From: Acidobacteriota bacterium
Lineage (GTDB): Bacteria > Acidobacteriota > CAIWXX01
NCBI GenBank assembly: GCA_040755995.1
Contig: JBFMAF010000018.1
Location: 32,001 to 96,000 of the forward strand
Reading direction: 5' to 3'
Length of the DNA stretch: 64,000 nucleotides
Part shown: piece after piece, positions 17,999 through 28,319 of the stretch
Layout of the letters: every line of letters begins with the position of its first letter
Position numbering within the stretch: the stretch's first letter is position 1
Position numbers and translations under genes: made by a program
Notes under the pieces: generated by a model
What the model was told of the DNA's origin: nothing
Seen by the model: the letters and a program-made list of their open reading frames with translations, nothing else
Database searches by the model: none

Positions 17999-19282
17999 AT
18001 GGCGGAAACCGCCGAATCAGGGGCAATGTCACCAGCGTATCGTTGGACTGTCCTCGTCCTCATCAGTCTGGCCATGTTTGGGAACTACTATGTGTACGAC
18101 TCGATTTCACCACTGGCCGATGTGCTGAAAGCGCAGCTGGGCTTCACCGATGCGAACATCGGCCTACTTAACGCCATCTACAGCATCCCCAATGTCTTGA
18201 TGGTGCTGATCGGTGGCCTGATCATCGACCGCGTCGGCACACGGAAAGCGACGCTGCTGTTCGGAGTGCTCTGCTTCCTCGGTGCAGTGGTCACGGTGAC
18301 CAGGGGCGACCTGGTGGTAATGGCTGCTGGGCGGTTGATCTTCGGACTCGGCGCCGAGTCGCTTATTGTCGCGGTCACGACTGCTATTGCCAAGTGGTTC
18401 CGCGGGAAGGAACTCTCTTTTGCGTTCGGGATGAACCTGACGATCGCACGGCTCGGGTCCTTCGCCGCCCTGAACGCGCCCAGTTGGGCCCCTGGCGCCT
18501 ATGCGAAATGGCAATGGCCCCTGCTCATTTCGGTGGGGATGGCGACATTCTGCGTTACCGGGGCCGTCCTTTACTGGCTTCTCGAACTGCGCGCTGAGCG
18601 CCAGTACGCCCTCGGCGAGGGCGGTCCAACCGACAAGGTCGTGTTCGCCGACCTGTTCCGATTCGGCCTGTCCTACTGGTTGGTCGTCGCGCTGTGTGTC
18701 ACGTTCTACTCCGCAATATTCCCGTTTCAGACGTTCGCCGTGAAATTCTTCATCGAAGCGCACGGCGCCTCGCGGCAGTTCGGCGGCCTCCTGTCCAGTC
18801 TGCTCACCCTCTTTGCCATGATCTGTACGCCGCTGTTCGGGTTGCTGGTGGACAGGGTGGGGAAGCGGTCTCTGTTCATGATGTTCGGCTCGCTCCTCCT
18901 TCTGCCCGTCTACCTCATGATGGCTTACACTCACGCGCCATTGCTGGTGCCGATGGCAATGATGGGCATCGCGTTCTCTCTGATTCCTGCGGTGATGTGG
19001 CCATCCGTTGCCTACATTGTGGAGCAGAACAAGCTGGGAACGGCGCTGGGGCTGATGACCATGATACAGAACATCGGGCTGGCCGGTTTCAACCTCCTCA
19101 TCGGGTGGGCTAACGACCGCTGGATGGCGAGTGCGGCCAACCCGGCGGGCTACCGTCCGGGCATGTGGATGTTCTCGATGCTCGGAATCAGCGGCCTGGT
19201 CTTTGCCTTGCTGCTCAGGCTGCGCGAGACCGGCCCGCACGCACGCGGCCTGGAGACCATCACGACTTCATCGAGTCACTAG
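17999..19282 (+). CDS. MFS transporter
   Basis: About 12 hydrophobic segments; motif A GGLIIDRVGTRK and GLLVDRVGKR. Confidence 0.9.
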   Translation: MAETAESGAMSPAYRWTVLVLISLAMFGNYYVYDSISPLADVLKAQLGFTDANIGLLNAIYSIPNVLMVLIGGLIIDRVGTRKATLLFGVLCFLGAVVTVTRGDLVVMAAGRLIFGLGAESLIVAVTTAIAKWFRGKELSFAFGMNLTIARLGSFAALNAPSWAPGAYAKWQWPLLISVGMATFCVTGAVLYWLLELRAERQYALGEGGPTDKVVFADLFRFGLSYWLVVALCVTFYSAIFPFQTFAVKFFIEAHGASRQFGGLLSSLLTLFAMICTPLFGLLVDRVGKRSLFMMFGSLLLLPVYLMMAYTHAPLLVPMAMMGIAFSLIPAVMWPSVAYIVEQNKLGTALGLMTMIQNIGLAGFNLLIGWANDRWMASAANPAGYRPGMWMFSMLGISGLVFALLLRLRETGPHARGLETITTSSSH

Positions 19283-19296
19283 CCTGGAGCAGTGAA

Positions 19297-20547
19297 ATGG
19301 ACAAGCTGCGGATCTCAGGTGGAAAGAAGCTCTCGGGGACCGTGCGGATCGCGGGGGCGAAGAATGCCGCTCTACCGGCGCTTACCGCATCCATCCTGAC
19401 CGGCGACACGCTGCAGTTGGAGAACTTGCCCGGCGTTGCGGATGTGCGGACTATGCTGCGGCTGCTGGATCACATCGGAGCCGTCCAGCAACGCGATGAC
19501 GCCCAGTGCCGGATCTCGTTCCCGGAGTTGAAATCGCACGAGGCGCCCTACGAGATGGTCAAGACCATGCGCGCGTCCGTGCTGGTGCTCGGTCCCCTGC
19601 TCGCGCGGTTCGGTCGCGCGCGGGTCTCGCTTCCCGGGGGCTGCGCGATTGGTGATCGGCCGATCAACCTCCACCTGGACGCTCTTGCGAGGATGGGTGC
19701 CGAGCTTCTCATCGAGCACGGGTACGTTGACGCCCGCTGCCGGCGGCTTCGCGGCGCCAAGATCTTCTTCGATATCCCGACGGTGACCGGTACGGAGAAC
19801 ATCCTGATGGCGGCCTCCCTCGCCGACGGCCGCACCGAGCTCCACAACTGCGCCCGTGAACCGGAGGTCGTCGACGTAGCACGGTTGCTGAGAGGAATGG
19901 GCGCGCAGATCGAGGGCGAGGGGTCGGAAAGAATCGTCATCCGTGGTGTCGAGCGCCTGCACGGCACCAGCCACACGGTTATCCCAGATCGCATCGAGGC
20001 CGGGACCTACATGACCGCCGCGGCGATCACAGAGGGGGACGTGCTCATCGAGCAATGCCGCCCCGATCATCTCGACGCGCTCATCTCGCTGCTCACGGCA
20101 ACCGGCCAAGTCGTCGAAGAAGACAACGCGCGTATCCGAGTCAAGGGCAGGCGCCCGATCAGGCCGCACGACGCTCGCACCGCGCCCTATCCGCATTTCC
20201 CTACCGACATGCAGGCCCAGTTCATGGCGTTCATGACCCAGGCCAACGGGATTTCGATGATCACCGAGGAGATTTTCAACAACCGATTCATGCACGTGAG
20301 GGAGCTCTGCCGCATGGGGGCCAATATCCAGGTGGCAGGGAGCAGGGCCGTGGTGACAGGTCCCACGCCTCTTTCCGGCGCGAACGTCATGGCCACCGAT
20401 CTCCGCGCCAGCGCTTCATTGGTTGTCGCGGCGCTTGCGGCAGCCGGCGATACGGTGATCGAACGCGTCTATCATTTGGACCGCGGGTACGAGCGCATGG
20501 AGCAGAAGATGATGGGACTCGGAGCCGTAGTCGAGCGAATCCGGTAG
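19297..20547 (+). CDS. murA: UDP-N-acetylglucosamine 1-carboxyvinyltransferase
   Basis: GAKNAALP, LPGGCAIG.RP, DRIEAGT, FPTDMQAQ, TDLRASA, HLDRGYE. Confidence 0.97.
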   Translation: MDKLRISGGKKLSGTVRIAGAKNAALPALTASILTGDTLQLENLPGVADVRTMLRLLDHIGAVQQRDDAQCRISFPELKSHEAPYEMVKTMRASVLVLGPLLARFGRARVSLPGGCAIGDRPINLHLDALARMGAELLIEHGYVDARCRRLRGAKIFFDIPTVTGTENILMAASLADGRTELHNCAREPEVVDVARLLRGMGAQIEGEGSERIVIRGVERLHGTSHTVIPDRIEAGTYMTAAAITEGDVLIEQCRPDHLDALISLLTATGQVVEEDNARIRVKGRRPIRPHDARTAPYPHFPTDMQAQFMAFMTQANGISMITEEIFNNRFMHVRELCRMGANIQVAGSRAVVTGPTPLSGANVMATDLRASASLVVAALAAAGDTVIERVYHLDRGYERMEQKMMGLGAVVERIR

Positions 20548-20592
20548 GAGCATCGCTGTCCATCCAGTGACAACGCCCATATGGAGTGCCAC

Positions 20593-20937
20593 ATGTCGAG
20601 TTGCCTCTTTTGCCAGATCGCTGAGAAGAAGAAGCCTTCCCGTGTGGTCTATGAGGATGAGCAGATGTTCGCTTTCGAGGACATCAACCCGCAGGCCCCC
20701 GTGCACATTCTCATCGTCCCGAAACGGCACGTGCCGGGCCTCGATCAGGCGTCGCAAGAGGACCGGCAGATGCTCGGCCAACTCCTCCTCGTCGCCCAGA
20801 AGATCGCCCGAGACAGGGGTATCCACGAGTCGGGGTATCGGCTCCTCGTGAATCAGGGACCGGATGCCGGCCAGAGCGTCTTCCATATGCATTTCCATCT
20901 GCTAGGCGGCCGGGTGCTCCACTGGCCCCCGGGATAG
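20593..20937 (+). CDS. hinT: Histidine triad nucleotide-binding protein
   Basis: CLFCQI, FEDINPQAPVH, GQSVFHMHFHLLGGR..WPPG. Confidence 0.93.
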   Translation: MSSCLFCQIAEKKKPSRVVYEDEQMFAFEDINPQAPVHILIVPKRHVPGLDQASQEDRQMLGQLLLVAQKIARDRGIHESGYRLLVNQGPDAGQSVFHMHFHLLGGRVLHWPPG

Positions 20938-21006
20938 TAGAGAATGGAGAGTGGAGAGTGGCGCGCCTCACGCCTGCGCGGTGCCCTTCGGACTTCGCAT
21001 CTTGCA

Positions 21007-21035
21007 TTGACAAGTCAGGCGGCGCCCTGGAGAAT
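21007..21035 (+). promoter_or_regulatory. Sigma70-type promoter
   Basis: TTGACA-N17-GAGAAT upstream of 21128. Confidence 0.5.
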
Positions 21036-21127
21036 GTGATGGGCAACGGCCAGCTCGAGGGCTGGACCGTGCCGACCGGAGCGTTCCCGCGGCAACAGGC
21101 CACGAGCGATAAGAGGAGGAGAGAAAG

Positions 21128-21472
21128 ATGCCGGAAAAATCCAGCGAAAACGAATGGTTCCACAAGCACGAAATCGTTCTGATCCAGAGCGCGAAGCGAG
21201 CGCGGCAGCTGCGGGAGAAGGAGGAGCGGAGCAAGGCGGAGGCCGAAGAGGCGAAACAATTGCGCGAGCTTCACTGGATGCATTGTCCGAAGTGCGGGCA
21301 CAAGATGGAGGAGCTCGGCGAACGCGGCATCAAGATCGACCGTTGCATCAAATGCCACGGGATATACCTGGACCGCGGGGAACTCGAGGAGATCCTGCTC
21401 GCGCAATCCATAGCGAGGAGATCCATCTTCCGCAAGCTGGCAACGATCATCACCGGCGAGGAGATCAAGTAG
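21128..21472 (+). CDS. zf-TFIIB-type zinc-ribbon protein
   Basis: MHCPKCG...IDRCIKCHGIYLDRGELE; AGGAGG RBS. Confidence 0.85.
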   Translation: MPEKSSENEWFHKHEIVLIQSAKRARQLREKEERSKAEAEEAKQLRELHWMHCPKCGHKMEELGERGIKIDRCIKCHGIYLDRGELEEILLAQSIARRSIFRKLATIITGEEIK

Positions 21473-21554
21473 CGACCCGCTCGCGGCCTGCACTGCCACG
21501 AAGCCAGTCGCATTACGGCCCCGGCTGCCCCGTGACGGGCCTTGGAGCCTTTCG

Positions 21555-22016
21555 GTGCCTTATCTGATCGACGGCAACAACTTGATAGGCCTGACGGCGG
21601 GGCTGTCGTTGAAGGATGCCCGGAGCCGTCAGCTTCTCGTCCGCCGCATATGCGCGTACCAACGCCGCAAAGGCGGCAAGTACACCGTTTATTTCGACGG
21701 CGAACCTGAGACCGGTCCGCTCCGCCACGATCTCGATCTTAGAAACGTCGCTGTTCGCTTCTCGGGGAGAGGTGTAACCGCCGACGATATGATTCAGCGT
21801 GTGCTGCGGCGCGCAGCACATCCTCGCGAGTACACCGTGGTCAGCTCGGATCGCGAGCTGGCGCGAGCGTGCAAGGAGCTTGGCGCGCGCCAGATGAGCT
21901 GTGCCGACTTCAACGCGCAGATGCGTAAGCTCGAGGCCAAGCCGCTCGAGAAATGGGAATCACCCGTGACTGCCGCCGAGGTCGAAGAATGGCTGCGGCT
22001 CTTCCGGGAGAAGTGA
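21555..22016 (+). CDS. NYN/YacP-like PIN-fold ribonuclease
   Basis: YLIDGNNL, VYFDG, TADD.I, VVSSDREL. Confidence 0.85.
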   Translation: MPYLIDGNNLIGLTAGLSLKDARSRQLLVRRICAYQRRKGGKYTVYFDGEPETGPLRHDLDLRNVAVRFSGRGVTADDMIQRVLRRAAHPREYTVVSSDRELARACKELGARQMSCADFNAQMRKLEAKPLEKWESPVTAAEVEEWLRLFREK

Positions 22017-22054
22017 CCGGGAATTTCGGATTTCGTGATTCCGGCTCGCCGTGC

Positions 22055-23326
22055 CTACCGGGTGATCCCCTCTAGCAGAACCGCAACTCCCTGACCGCCG
22101 GCTCCTCCGGCCGTAACCAGTCCCAGGCCGCCGCCGTTATCTATCAGGCGACGCGTGCACTGCAGCATCAGGCGCGCTCCGGTGGCGCCGAACGGATGGC
22201 CGCATGCCAGCGTGCCGCCGGCGGCGTTCACGCGGGCCTCGTCGATGTCGATCTGCCCAGCCAGGATCTGGTTGTGGCGAGTCAGGAAATCCTTGGAGCC
22301 CAGGGCTCTCATGTTGGCGAGAGCCTGCGCGGCCGATGCTTCGTGCATCTCCACGACGTCGATGTCCCTGAATGCCACGCCGGTCTGCAATAGCAACGAA
22401 GGAATACTGAGGGCCGGCCCGAGCAGCATCTCGTCGTCGGGCGGGAGAGCGGCGTACGAATAGGACTTTATGAAGGCCTTCGGCTCGTAGCCGAGCCTGC
22501 GTGCGTTGCGCTCGGATGTCAGAAGCAGCGCACACGCTCCGTCCGCGGGCTTTGCCGAGTTGCCGCTTGTCAAGGTGCCGGCCGGATCGACCAGCGGTGG
22601 GAGCGCGCCGAGCCTCTCGATCGATTCGTCGGAGCCGACGCCGCTGTCCGCCGTCAGGGTCGGATTCTTCTTGTCTCCTGTCTCTACGGGTTCCGTCTCG
22701 AGCCGTGCGCCACCGCCTGCGGCGGCCTTCTGGCGGCTTCTCATCGCCCAGCGGTCCTGTTCCTCACGCGAGATCGTGAACAGGCGGGCGACTCGTTCGC
22801 CGTACTGGTCCAGCGTCATACCCGTCGACGGCTCCACGAACTCGGGGATTTGGGGGAAGTAGTCGCCGGGGTGCCACTTGAGGGCGTTCACGAACTTCCT
22901 GAACTTCGACCTGGCGAAGTGCTTCGTGTACAGTCGCTGGGTCAGTCTGTCAGGGAACGCGATGGGCATGTTGGAGAGCGACTCGCTGCCGCCGGCCATG
23001 AATATCTTTTCCGGGTAGCTGTCGAGTGCGTCGCAGGCCGCGGTGATCGCGCGGATCGATGACAGCCCGGCGTGGCTCATCGTGACGCCGACGACTTTGG
23101 CTGAAAGGGCACGCAATGTGATCTCGCGCGCGAAATTGGGCACGCCGAGGGGAGGGTGGACGGTGCCCCAGATCAGCTCATCGATCTCGTCGGCGTGTAC
23201 GGTCACCCGCTTCAGCAGCCCCCGGACCGCCACAGCAGCCAGATCGATCGCTGATACCCGGGCAAGTTCCGCGTGATACGGGGCAAAAGGCGTCCGACAT
23301 CCACCGAGGATTGCTACTCTTTCCAT
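22055..23326 (-). CDS. Thiolase-fold protein (FadI-like) lacking both catalytic Cys
   Basis: RTPF, GGSESLS, DGACALLL, EMHEASAAQ, GHPFGATG; the Cys positions read SHAGLSS and VTAGGAGG. Confidence 0.88.
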   Translation of the reverse strand: MERVAILGGCRTPFAPYHAELARVSAIDLAAVAVRGLLKRVTVHADEIDELIWGTVHPPLGVPNFAREITLRALSAKVVGVTMSHAGLSSIRAITAACDALDSYPEKIFMAGGSESLSNMPIAFPDRLTQRLYTKHFARSKFRKFVNALKWHPGDYFPQIPEFVEPSTGMTLDQYGERVARLFTISREEQDRWAMRSRQKAAAGGGARLETEPVETGDKKNPTLTADSGVGSDESIERLGALPPLVDPAGTLTSGNSAKPADGACALLLTSERNARRLGYEPKAFIKSYSYAALPPDDEMLLGPALSIPSLLLQTGVAFRDIDVVEMHEASAAQALANMRALGSKDFLTRHNQILAGQIDIDEARVNAAGGTLACGHPFGATGARLMLQCTRRLIDNGGGLGLVTAGGAGGQGVAVLLEGITR

Positions 23327-23375
23327 GCTTCACCAGCTCTATATAAGACCTATTTGAAACGGCGGTATTCTATCA

Positions 23376-25463
23376 CTATTTTGATCTTTCCTCCACGGCG
23401 ATTTCCGCGAAATCGGCAACCGAGAGGAGAAGGGCGGCCATCTGCTGAAGGAGACCTATTCGATTTGATCGGACCACCCGATCCGGGTCCATCACCAGAA
23501 CCTTGTCGAAAAAGCGGTCTACAACCGGCCGCAATGTGGCGATGCGCTGAAGAGCTCCGGCGTATTCTCCCTGCGCGATCAAGGGAAGCGCTTCTTCTCT
23601 GACACGCTGGAACGAGGTGTCCATCTCGCGCTCCTCCTCCAGCCGGTAGAGCTCCCTGGAGACCTGGCAACGCGGCTGCTCGCGGATGATGTTCTTGATC
23701 CGCTTGAAGGCGACGGCGATCGACAGGAAATCCTGGCTGCCGATGACCTGCTTGAGCGCATCGAGCCTGAGCCGCACGTCGTAGACGTCCTTGCTCGCGC
23801 CGGCGATCACCGCGTTGACGAGATCGTAGCCATATGGCTCGAAAAGGAATCGTAAGCGCGCATCGACGAATTCCCCGAAATCCTCGACTATCTCCTCACG
23901 CGTTCGACCGAATCGAACGCTGTGCGCGTCGAGCGCGATCGAGAATGCGTCGCGGAGCGGGAGATGCCACTTCCGCTCGCTGCTGATCCGCACTGCGCCC
24001 AGCCCGAGCCTGCGGAGGCCGAGCGGATCGCGAGAGCCGGAGGGAACGAGCCCGAGCCCGAGGCACCCGCTGATCGTGTCGAGACGATCGGCGATCGTGA
24101 TCAAGCCGCCTTCATCCGTGGCCGGCAGCCGGTCGTCCAGAGACACGGGCAGGTAGTGGTCATAGATCGCGCGCCAGACCTTCTCTGCATGCCCCTCGCG
24201 GCGCGCGTAAAGGCCGCCGACGATTCCCTGCAGCGAGGGGAATTCCTTGACCATGTCCGTCGTGAGGTCGGCCTTGCACAACCGTGCCGCCGCCAACGCC
24301 GATTCAAGGTCCACCTCCGGCAACCATGCGGCGAGCTTCGGGATGATCGTGAGAAGCCGTTCCGTCTTGTGCCGGTATGTGCCAAGGTCCTGCTGGAAGA
24401 GCACATGATCGAGCCCCGCCGCGCGTTCCTCAAGCGTGTGTCTCGCGTCCTCGTGCCAGAAGAAGCGCGCATCGTCGAGCCGCGCGCGCAGCACGCGCTC
24501 GTTGCCTCGCCGGACGTTGTCCGCAAGCTCGGCTGTCCTCGTACCCGGTGATTCGGCCACAGCCAGGAAGTGCGGGAGGATTCCGCCGCCGTGATCGACC
24601 ACGGCGAAGTGCTTCTGGTGCTCGCGCATGCTCGTCATCAGGATCTCCGGGGGCAGCTCCAGAAATTCCTCTGCGAAGCGCCCGCCAACCACCAGTGGGC
24701 TCTCGACCAGATCGGAAACCGTGTCGAGCAGCTGCGGGTCCTCGCGCAGGACCCCGCCCGCAGAGGTCGCCTGGTGACGCAACTCATCTTCAATCATCCG
24801 GCGCCGCTCCGCTGGATCCACACAGATACCGCACGATCGAAGCCGGGCGAGGTAGTCGTCCCACCCGGTGACGGGGGCATCGGCCTGAGCGGCGAAGCGA
24901 TCGATCCGCGTTGCGCCGCCCGAGACCACCCCAGCGAACTCGACGCTCAGCGGTGCGCCGTCGAGCAATGCCAGAATCCATCTCACCGGCCTCACGTAGG
25001 TGACGTTGCCCTCCCCCCATCGCATCGACTTCGGGAAGCTCAGGGACTGGAGCGTCGCGGTGCAGATCGCCGGGAGCATCGCAGCGGCGCTCTCGCCGCG
25101 GATCGTCCGCGCGAAACCGAAGTACTCGCCCTTCTCGGTGTGGATAACGCGGCATTGCGCAAAGTCCACACCTTTCGATCTGGCGAAGCCCTGTGCGGCC
25201 TTCGTCGGTTGGCCCGCGGAATCGAGGGCGGCCTTGCGCGGAGGCCCGAGCACGACCTCTTCGCGGTCGCCCTGCTGCGAAGCCAACCCGGCCAGGCGCA
25301 CGACGAGCCGGCGGAGCGTGTAGCAGACCTCGACCGATGCGCACGGCAGTCGGTGCTCCTGGAGCCTGCGCTCGAACTCCGAGCGGAGCTGCTCGCGGAT
25401 GTGTGGCAGGAAATCCGCCGGTATCTCTTCGAAGCCGGCTTCGAACAGAAACTCGCTGCTCAT
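23376..25463 (-). CDS. glyS: Glycyl-tRNA synthetase beta subunit
   Basis: [49 protein letters not shown]; start overlaps the glyQ stop. Confidence 0.96.
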   Translation of the reverse strand: MSSEFLFEAGFEEIPADFLPHIREQLRSEFERRLQEHRLPCASVEVCYTLRRLVVRLAGLASQQGDREEVVLGPPRKAALDSAGQPTKAAQGFARSKGVDFAQCRVIHTEKGEYFGFARTIRGESAAAMLPAICTATLQSLSFPKSMRWGEGNVTYVRPVRWILALLDGAPLSVEFAGVVSGGATRIDRFAAQADAPVTGWDDYLARLRSCGICVDPAERRRMIEDELRHQATSAGGVLREDPQLLDTVSDLVESPLVVGGRFAEEFLELPPEILMTSMREHQKHFAVVDHGGGILPHFLAVAESPGTRTAELADNVRRGNERVLRARLDDARFFWHEDARHTLEERAAGLDHVLFQQDLGTYRHKTERLLTIIPKLAAWLPEVDLESALAAARLCKADLTTDMVKEFPSLQGIVGGLYARREGHAEKVWRAIYDHYLPVSLDDRLPATDEGGLITIADRLDTISGCLGLGLVPSGSRDPLGLRRLGLGAVRISSERKWHLPLRDAFSIALDAHSVRFGRTREEIVEDFGEFVDARLRFLFEPYGYDLVNAVIAGASKDVYDVRLRLDALKQVIGSQDFLSIAVAFKRIKNIIREQPRCQVSRELYRLEEEREMDTSFQRVREEALPLIAQGEYAGALQRIATLRPVVDRFFDKVLVMDPDRVVRSNRIGLLQQMAALLLSVADFAEIAVEERSK

Positions 25464-26305
25464 GTTCGAGCCGCCTCGTCGTAAAGCGCCGCAACGCGGC
25501 ACGCAATCGCCCTCACACGCTGGATGTAGCTGACCCGCTCGGTCACGCTGATCGCTCCGCGCGAGTCGAGAAGGTTGAACGAGTGCGAACACTTGAGCAC
25601 GCAGTCGTAGGCCGGCAGGAACAACCCCTGGTCGATCAGGCTGGCAGCTTCCCCCTCCCACTGATCGAACATCCCGAATAGCGTCTGTACCGAAGCCAGC
25701 TCGAAATTGTACCGGCTGAACTGCTTCTCTTCTTCGAGACGCACCTCTCCGTACGTGCGATTGCCGGACCAGAGCAGGTCGTAGATCGAGTCGACGTTCT
25801 GCAAGAACATCTCGATCCGCTCGAGTCCGTACGTGATCTCGGCCGAAATCGGCGACAGCTCGATGCCGCCCGCCTGCTGGAAGTAGGTGAACTGCGTGAT
25901 CTCGAGCCCATCGAGAAGGACCTGCCATCCGATTCCCCACGCGCCGAGCGTCGGAGATTCCCAGTTGTCCTCCTCGAAACGCAGATCGTGCGCGCGCAGG
26001 TCGATTCCGAGCTTCTCCAGGCTGGCCGCGTACATCTGCTGCACGTCGTCCGGCGAAGGCTTCAGAATGACCTGATACTGGAGGTGCTTCTGGACGCGGT
26101 TGGGATTGTCGCCGTAGCGGCCGTCGGTGGGCCGGCGCGAAGGCTGGACATACCCCACGCGCCAGGGGGCCGGCCCGAGCACTCGGAAGAACGTCTCCGG
26201 ATGCATGGTGCCGGCGCCCACCTCGACGTCATACGGCTGGGCGAGCAGACAACCCTGCGATGCCCAGTAGTCTTCCAGCTTCCGAATCGTGTCCTGCAAC
26301 GGCAT
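25460..26305 (-). CDS. glyQ: Glycyl-tRNA synthetase alpha subunit
   Basis: [53 protein letters not shown]. Confidence 0.97.
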   Translation of the reverse strand: MPLQDTIRKLEDYWASQGCLLAQPYDVEVGAGTMHPETFFRVLGPAPWRVGYVQPSRRPTDGRYGDNPNRVQKHLQYQVILKPSPDDVQQMYAASLEKLGIDLRAHDLRFEEDNWESPTLGAWGIGWQVLLDGLEITQFTYFQQAGGIELSPISAEITYGLERIEMFLQNVDSIYDLLWSGNRTYGEVRLEEEKQFSRYNFELASVQTLFGMFDQWEGEAASLIDQGLFLPAYDCVLKCSHSFNLLDSRGAISVTERVSYIQRVRAIACRVAALYDEAART

Positions 26306-26465
26306 AGGCGACGGATGATAATGGAAAGCCCTCGCCTTTTGCAACGCGCATGCAGGGAGGGAGTGGCCGGTTGCCTGTGCAAGCGAATGCAATGCCGCGG
26401 GGCATTTGACTGCCCGCAGGGGCTGTGGTACGTTCGAGGAAGACTGACGCACCTTTGGAGGAACT

Positions 26466-27209
26466 ATGTTCGATCGAATAGCACGATTCTTCAAGGCCGT
26501 CTTCAATGCGATCCTCGGGAAGGCGGAGAGCCAGATCACCGTGCCGATGCTGGAACAATCGGTGCGAGAGATGATGGACAGCATGCGTGCGCTTCGCGAG
26601 GCGACGGCGACGACCATCGCGTTCGAGACGAAGGCGAAGCGTGAGCTGGACGCGCAGAACGCCCGGATCGCCGCGTTGCAGAGGCAGGCCGAGGAGGCAC
26701 TGGGGGCAGGAAACGAGAAGCTCGCGCGGCGGGCGCTCCAGCTGCAGGTTGAGGCCAAGGGGACCCAGCAGACGATGGATGCGGCTTACAAGAGCGCGAA
26801 GGTGCGGGCCGATAATTCCCGTGTCAAGCTGAAGATTGAGGAGGAGAAGGTCGAGGCCAAGATCCGTCAGCTGGGCGAGCTGAAGGCTATCGCAGCAATG
26901 AATGCCGCGCAGAAGAAGATGCAGGAGCTCACGGATTCGTACAACGTCGACGGCGCAGTGAGCGTCTTCGACGCCGGAGCGAATGCGATACGCGAGCAGG
27001 CGGACAAGCTGGCGGCGCACGACCAGATCGCGATTTCGGAGGGCGAGGAGCTGGATCGCCAGCTGTCTCAACTCGGCAACAAGGTCGACGTCGACAACGC
27101 GATGGCTCAACTCAAGGCCAAGCTCGGGATGGCGCCGCCCGTGGAGGTCCCAGCCGCCGAGAAGGCCAAGCCGAAGGAGAAGGAAAGGATCTCCTCGTCG
27201 GAGACATAG
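26466..27209 (+). CDS. pspA: PspA/IM30 family protein
   Basis: [34 protein letters not shown], all-helical coiled coil; GGAGG RBS. Confidence 0.85.
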   Translation: MFDRIARFFKAVFNAILGKAESQITVPMLEQSVREMMDSMRALREATATTIAFETKAKRELDAQNARIAALQRQAEEALGAGNEKLARRALQLQVEAKGTQQTMDAAYKSAKVRADNSRVKLKIEEEKVEAKIRQLGELKAIAAMNAAQKKMQELTDSYNVDGAVSVFDAGANAIREQADKLAAHDQIAISEGEELDRQLSQLGNKVDVDNAMAQLKAKLGMAPPVEVPAAEKAKPKEKERISSSET

Positions 27210-27407
27210 CGCGGCTGCGCCTCGGACCCACGAGGCATGTCACGGTCTTTGCGGCGCAGACGGAAGACGAGATCCGGAGAACGGAAGCCGAGAGGGGCGC
27301 CGCTCCGACATCCTGTCGCCGGCGCGATGTGACGCAGGTCACCGATCTGTCCCCCGGCACATCTTTCTGTCGGGCGGGCTCGTATAATTGGGTGAGGAGT
27401 TAAGGTT

Positions 27408-28058
27408 ATGAGAGCAAGACTGATCGTTGCCGCTCTGGTCATCGCGAGCGCTGTTGCATACGCCCAGCAGTCAGCTCCAAAGGCGCCGCCTCCCAGCCCC
27501 GACGCCGACTTCAAGAAGGCGGTGGGACTTTTCAACCAGGGGAAGGTCTCCGAGGCAGTTCCGTTGTTCAAGAAGGTCCAGAAGGCCAAACCGGCGAAGC
27601 CCGAGGTCTACTACTATCTCGGCCTTTGCGATGAGAAGACCCCCAACTACGAGCTTGCGATAGCGGATTTCACGAAGGCGATCACGAACAACGCGAAATA
27701 CACCGCAGCGTATTTCGAGCGTGGCAATGCATACCAGGCGCTCAAGAAGTACCAGGAGGCGGCTGGGGACTTCTCGAAGACGGTCGAGCTAGACCAGAAT
27801 CACCTGCAGGCCTGGTACAACCGTGGCCAGTGCTTTGGGGAGCTGAAGAACTATAACGAGGCGGCGGCTTCGTATCAGCAGGTGTTGAGGCTTGATTCCA
27901 AGCACGCGTATGCGCACTACTACCTCGGCCTCGCCTATTACAACCTGGAGCAGAAGGACAAGGCGATCTCGGAGCTGCAGTCTTTCGTAGTCCTGAGTCC
28001 TGACGCTCCGGAAGCTCCTTGGGTGCGCCAGCTGCTCCAGCAGCTCGCGTCCTGGTAG
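27408..28058 (+). CDS. Secreted TPR protein
   Basis: Signal peptide ending AYA; TPRs AYFERGNAY, AWYNRG, AHYYLGLAY. Confidence 0.88.
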   Translation: MRARLIVAALVIASAVAYAQQSAPKAPPPSPDADFKKAVGLFNQGKVSEAVPLFKKVQKAKPAKPEVYYYLGLCDEKTPNYELAIADFTKAITNNAKYTAAYFERGNAYQALKKYQEAAGDFSKTVELDQNHLQAWYNRGQCFGELKNYNEAAASYQQVLRLDSKHAYAHYYLGLAYYNLEQKDKAISELQSFVVLSPDAPEAPWVRQLLQQLASW

Positions 28059-28319
28059 GGCCGACTGCCGCTCGTTTCGTTCGATCGCGAGCGCGGCACG
28101 GAACGCCTCTCGGGAGGCCAGGTGCCCCGAAACATGCTCGACGGTCCCGTGGCGATCTCGGAGGAGGTGGATGTCATTCACAGGTCCGAGAACCCGCAGG
28201 TTGCCCGTCATGATCGCAGGACGACGACGCCTGGTTGCGGACATTCCGCGCATATTGTGAACTCCTACTTCGCTGTATAGAATGAAAACAGTAGCGCTCA
28301 GCGCTCCTGAAGTCGATGA

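Noticed and set aside
26340..26465. Sigma54 promoter for pspA
   Set aside because: No TGGCA-N7-TGC match with correct spacing; no pspF nearby.
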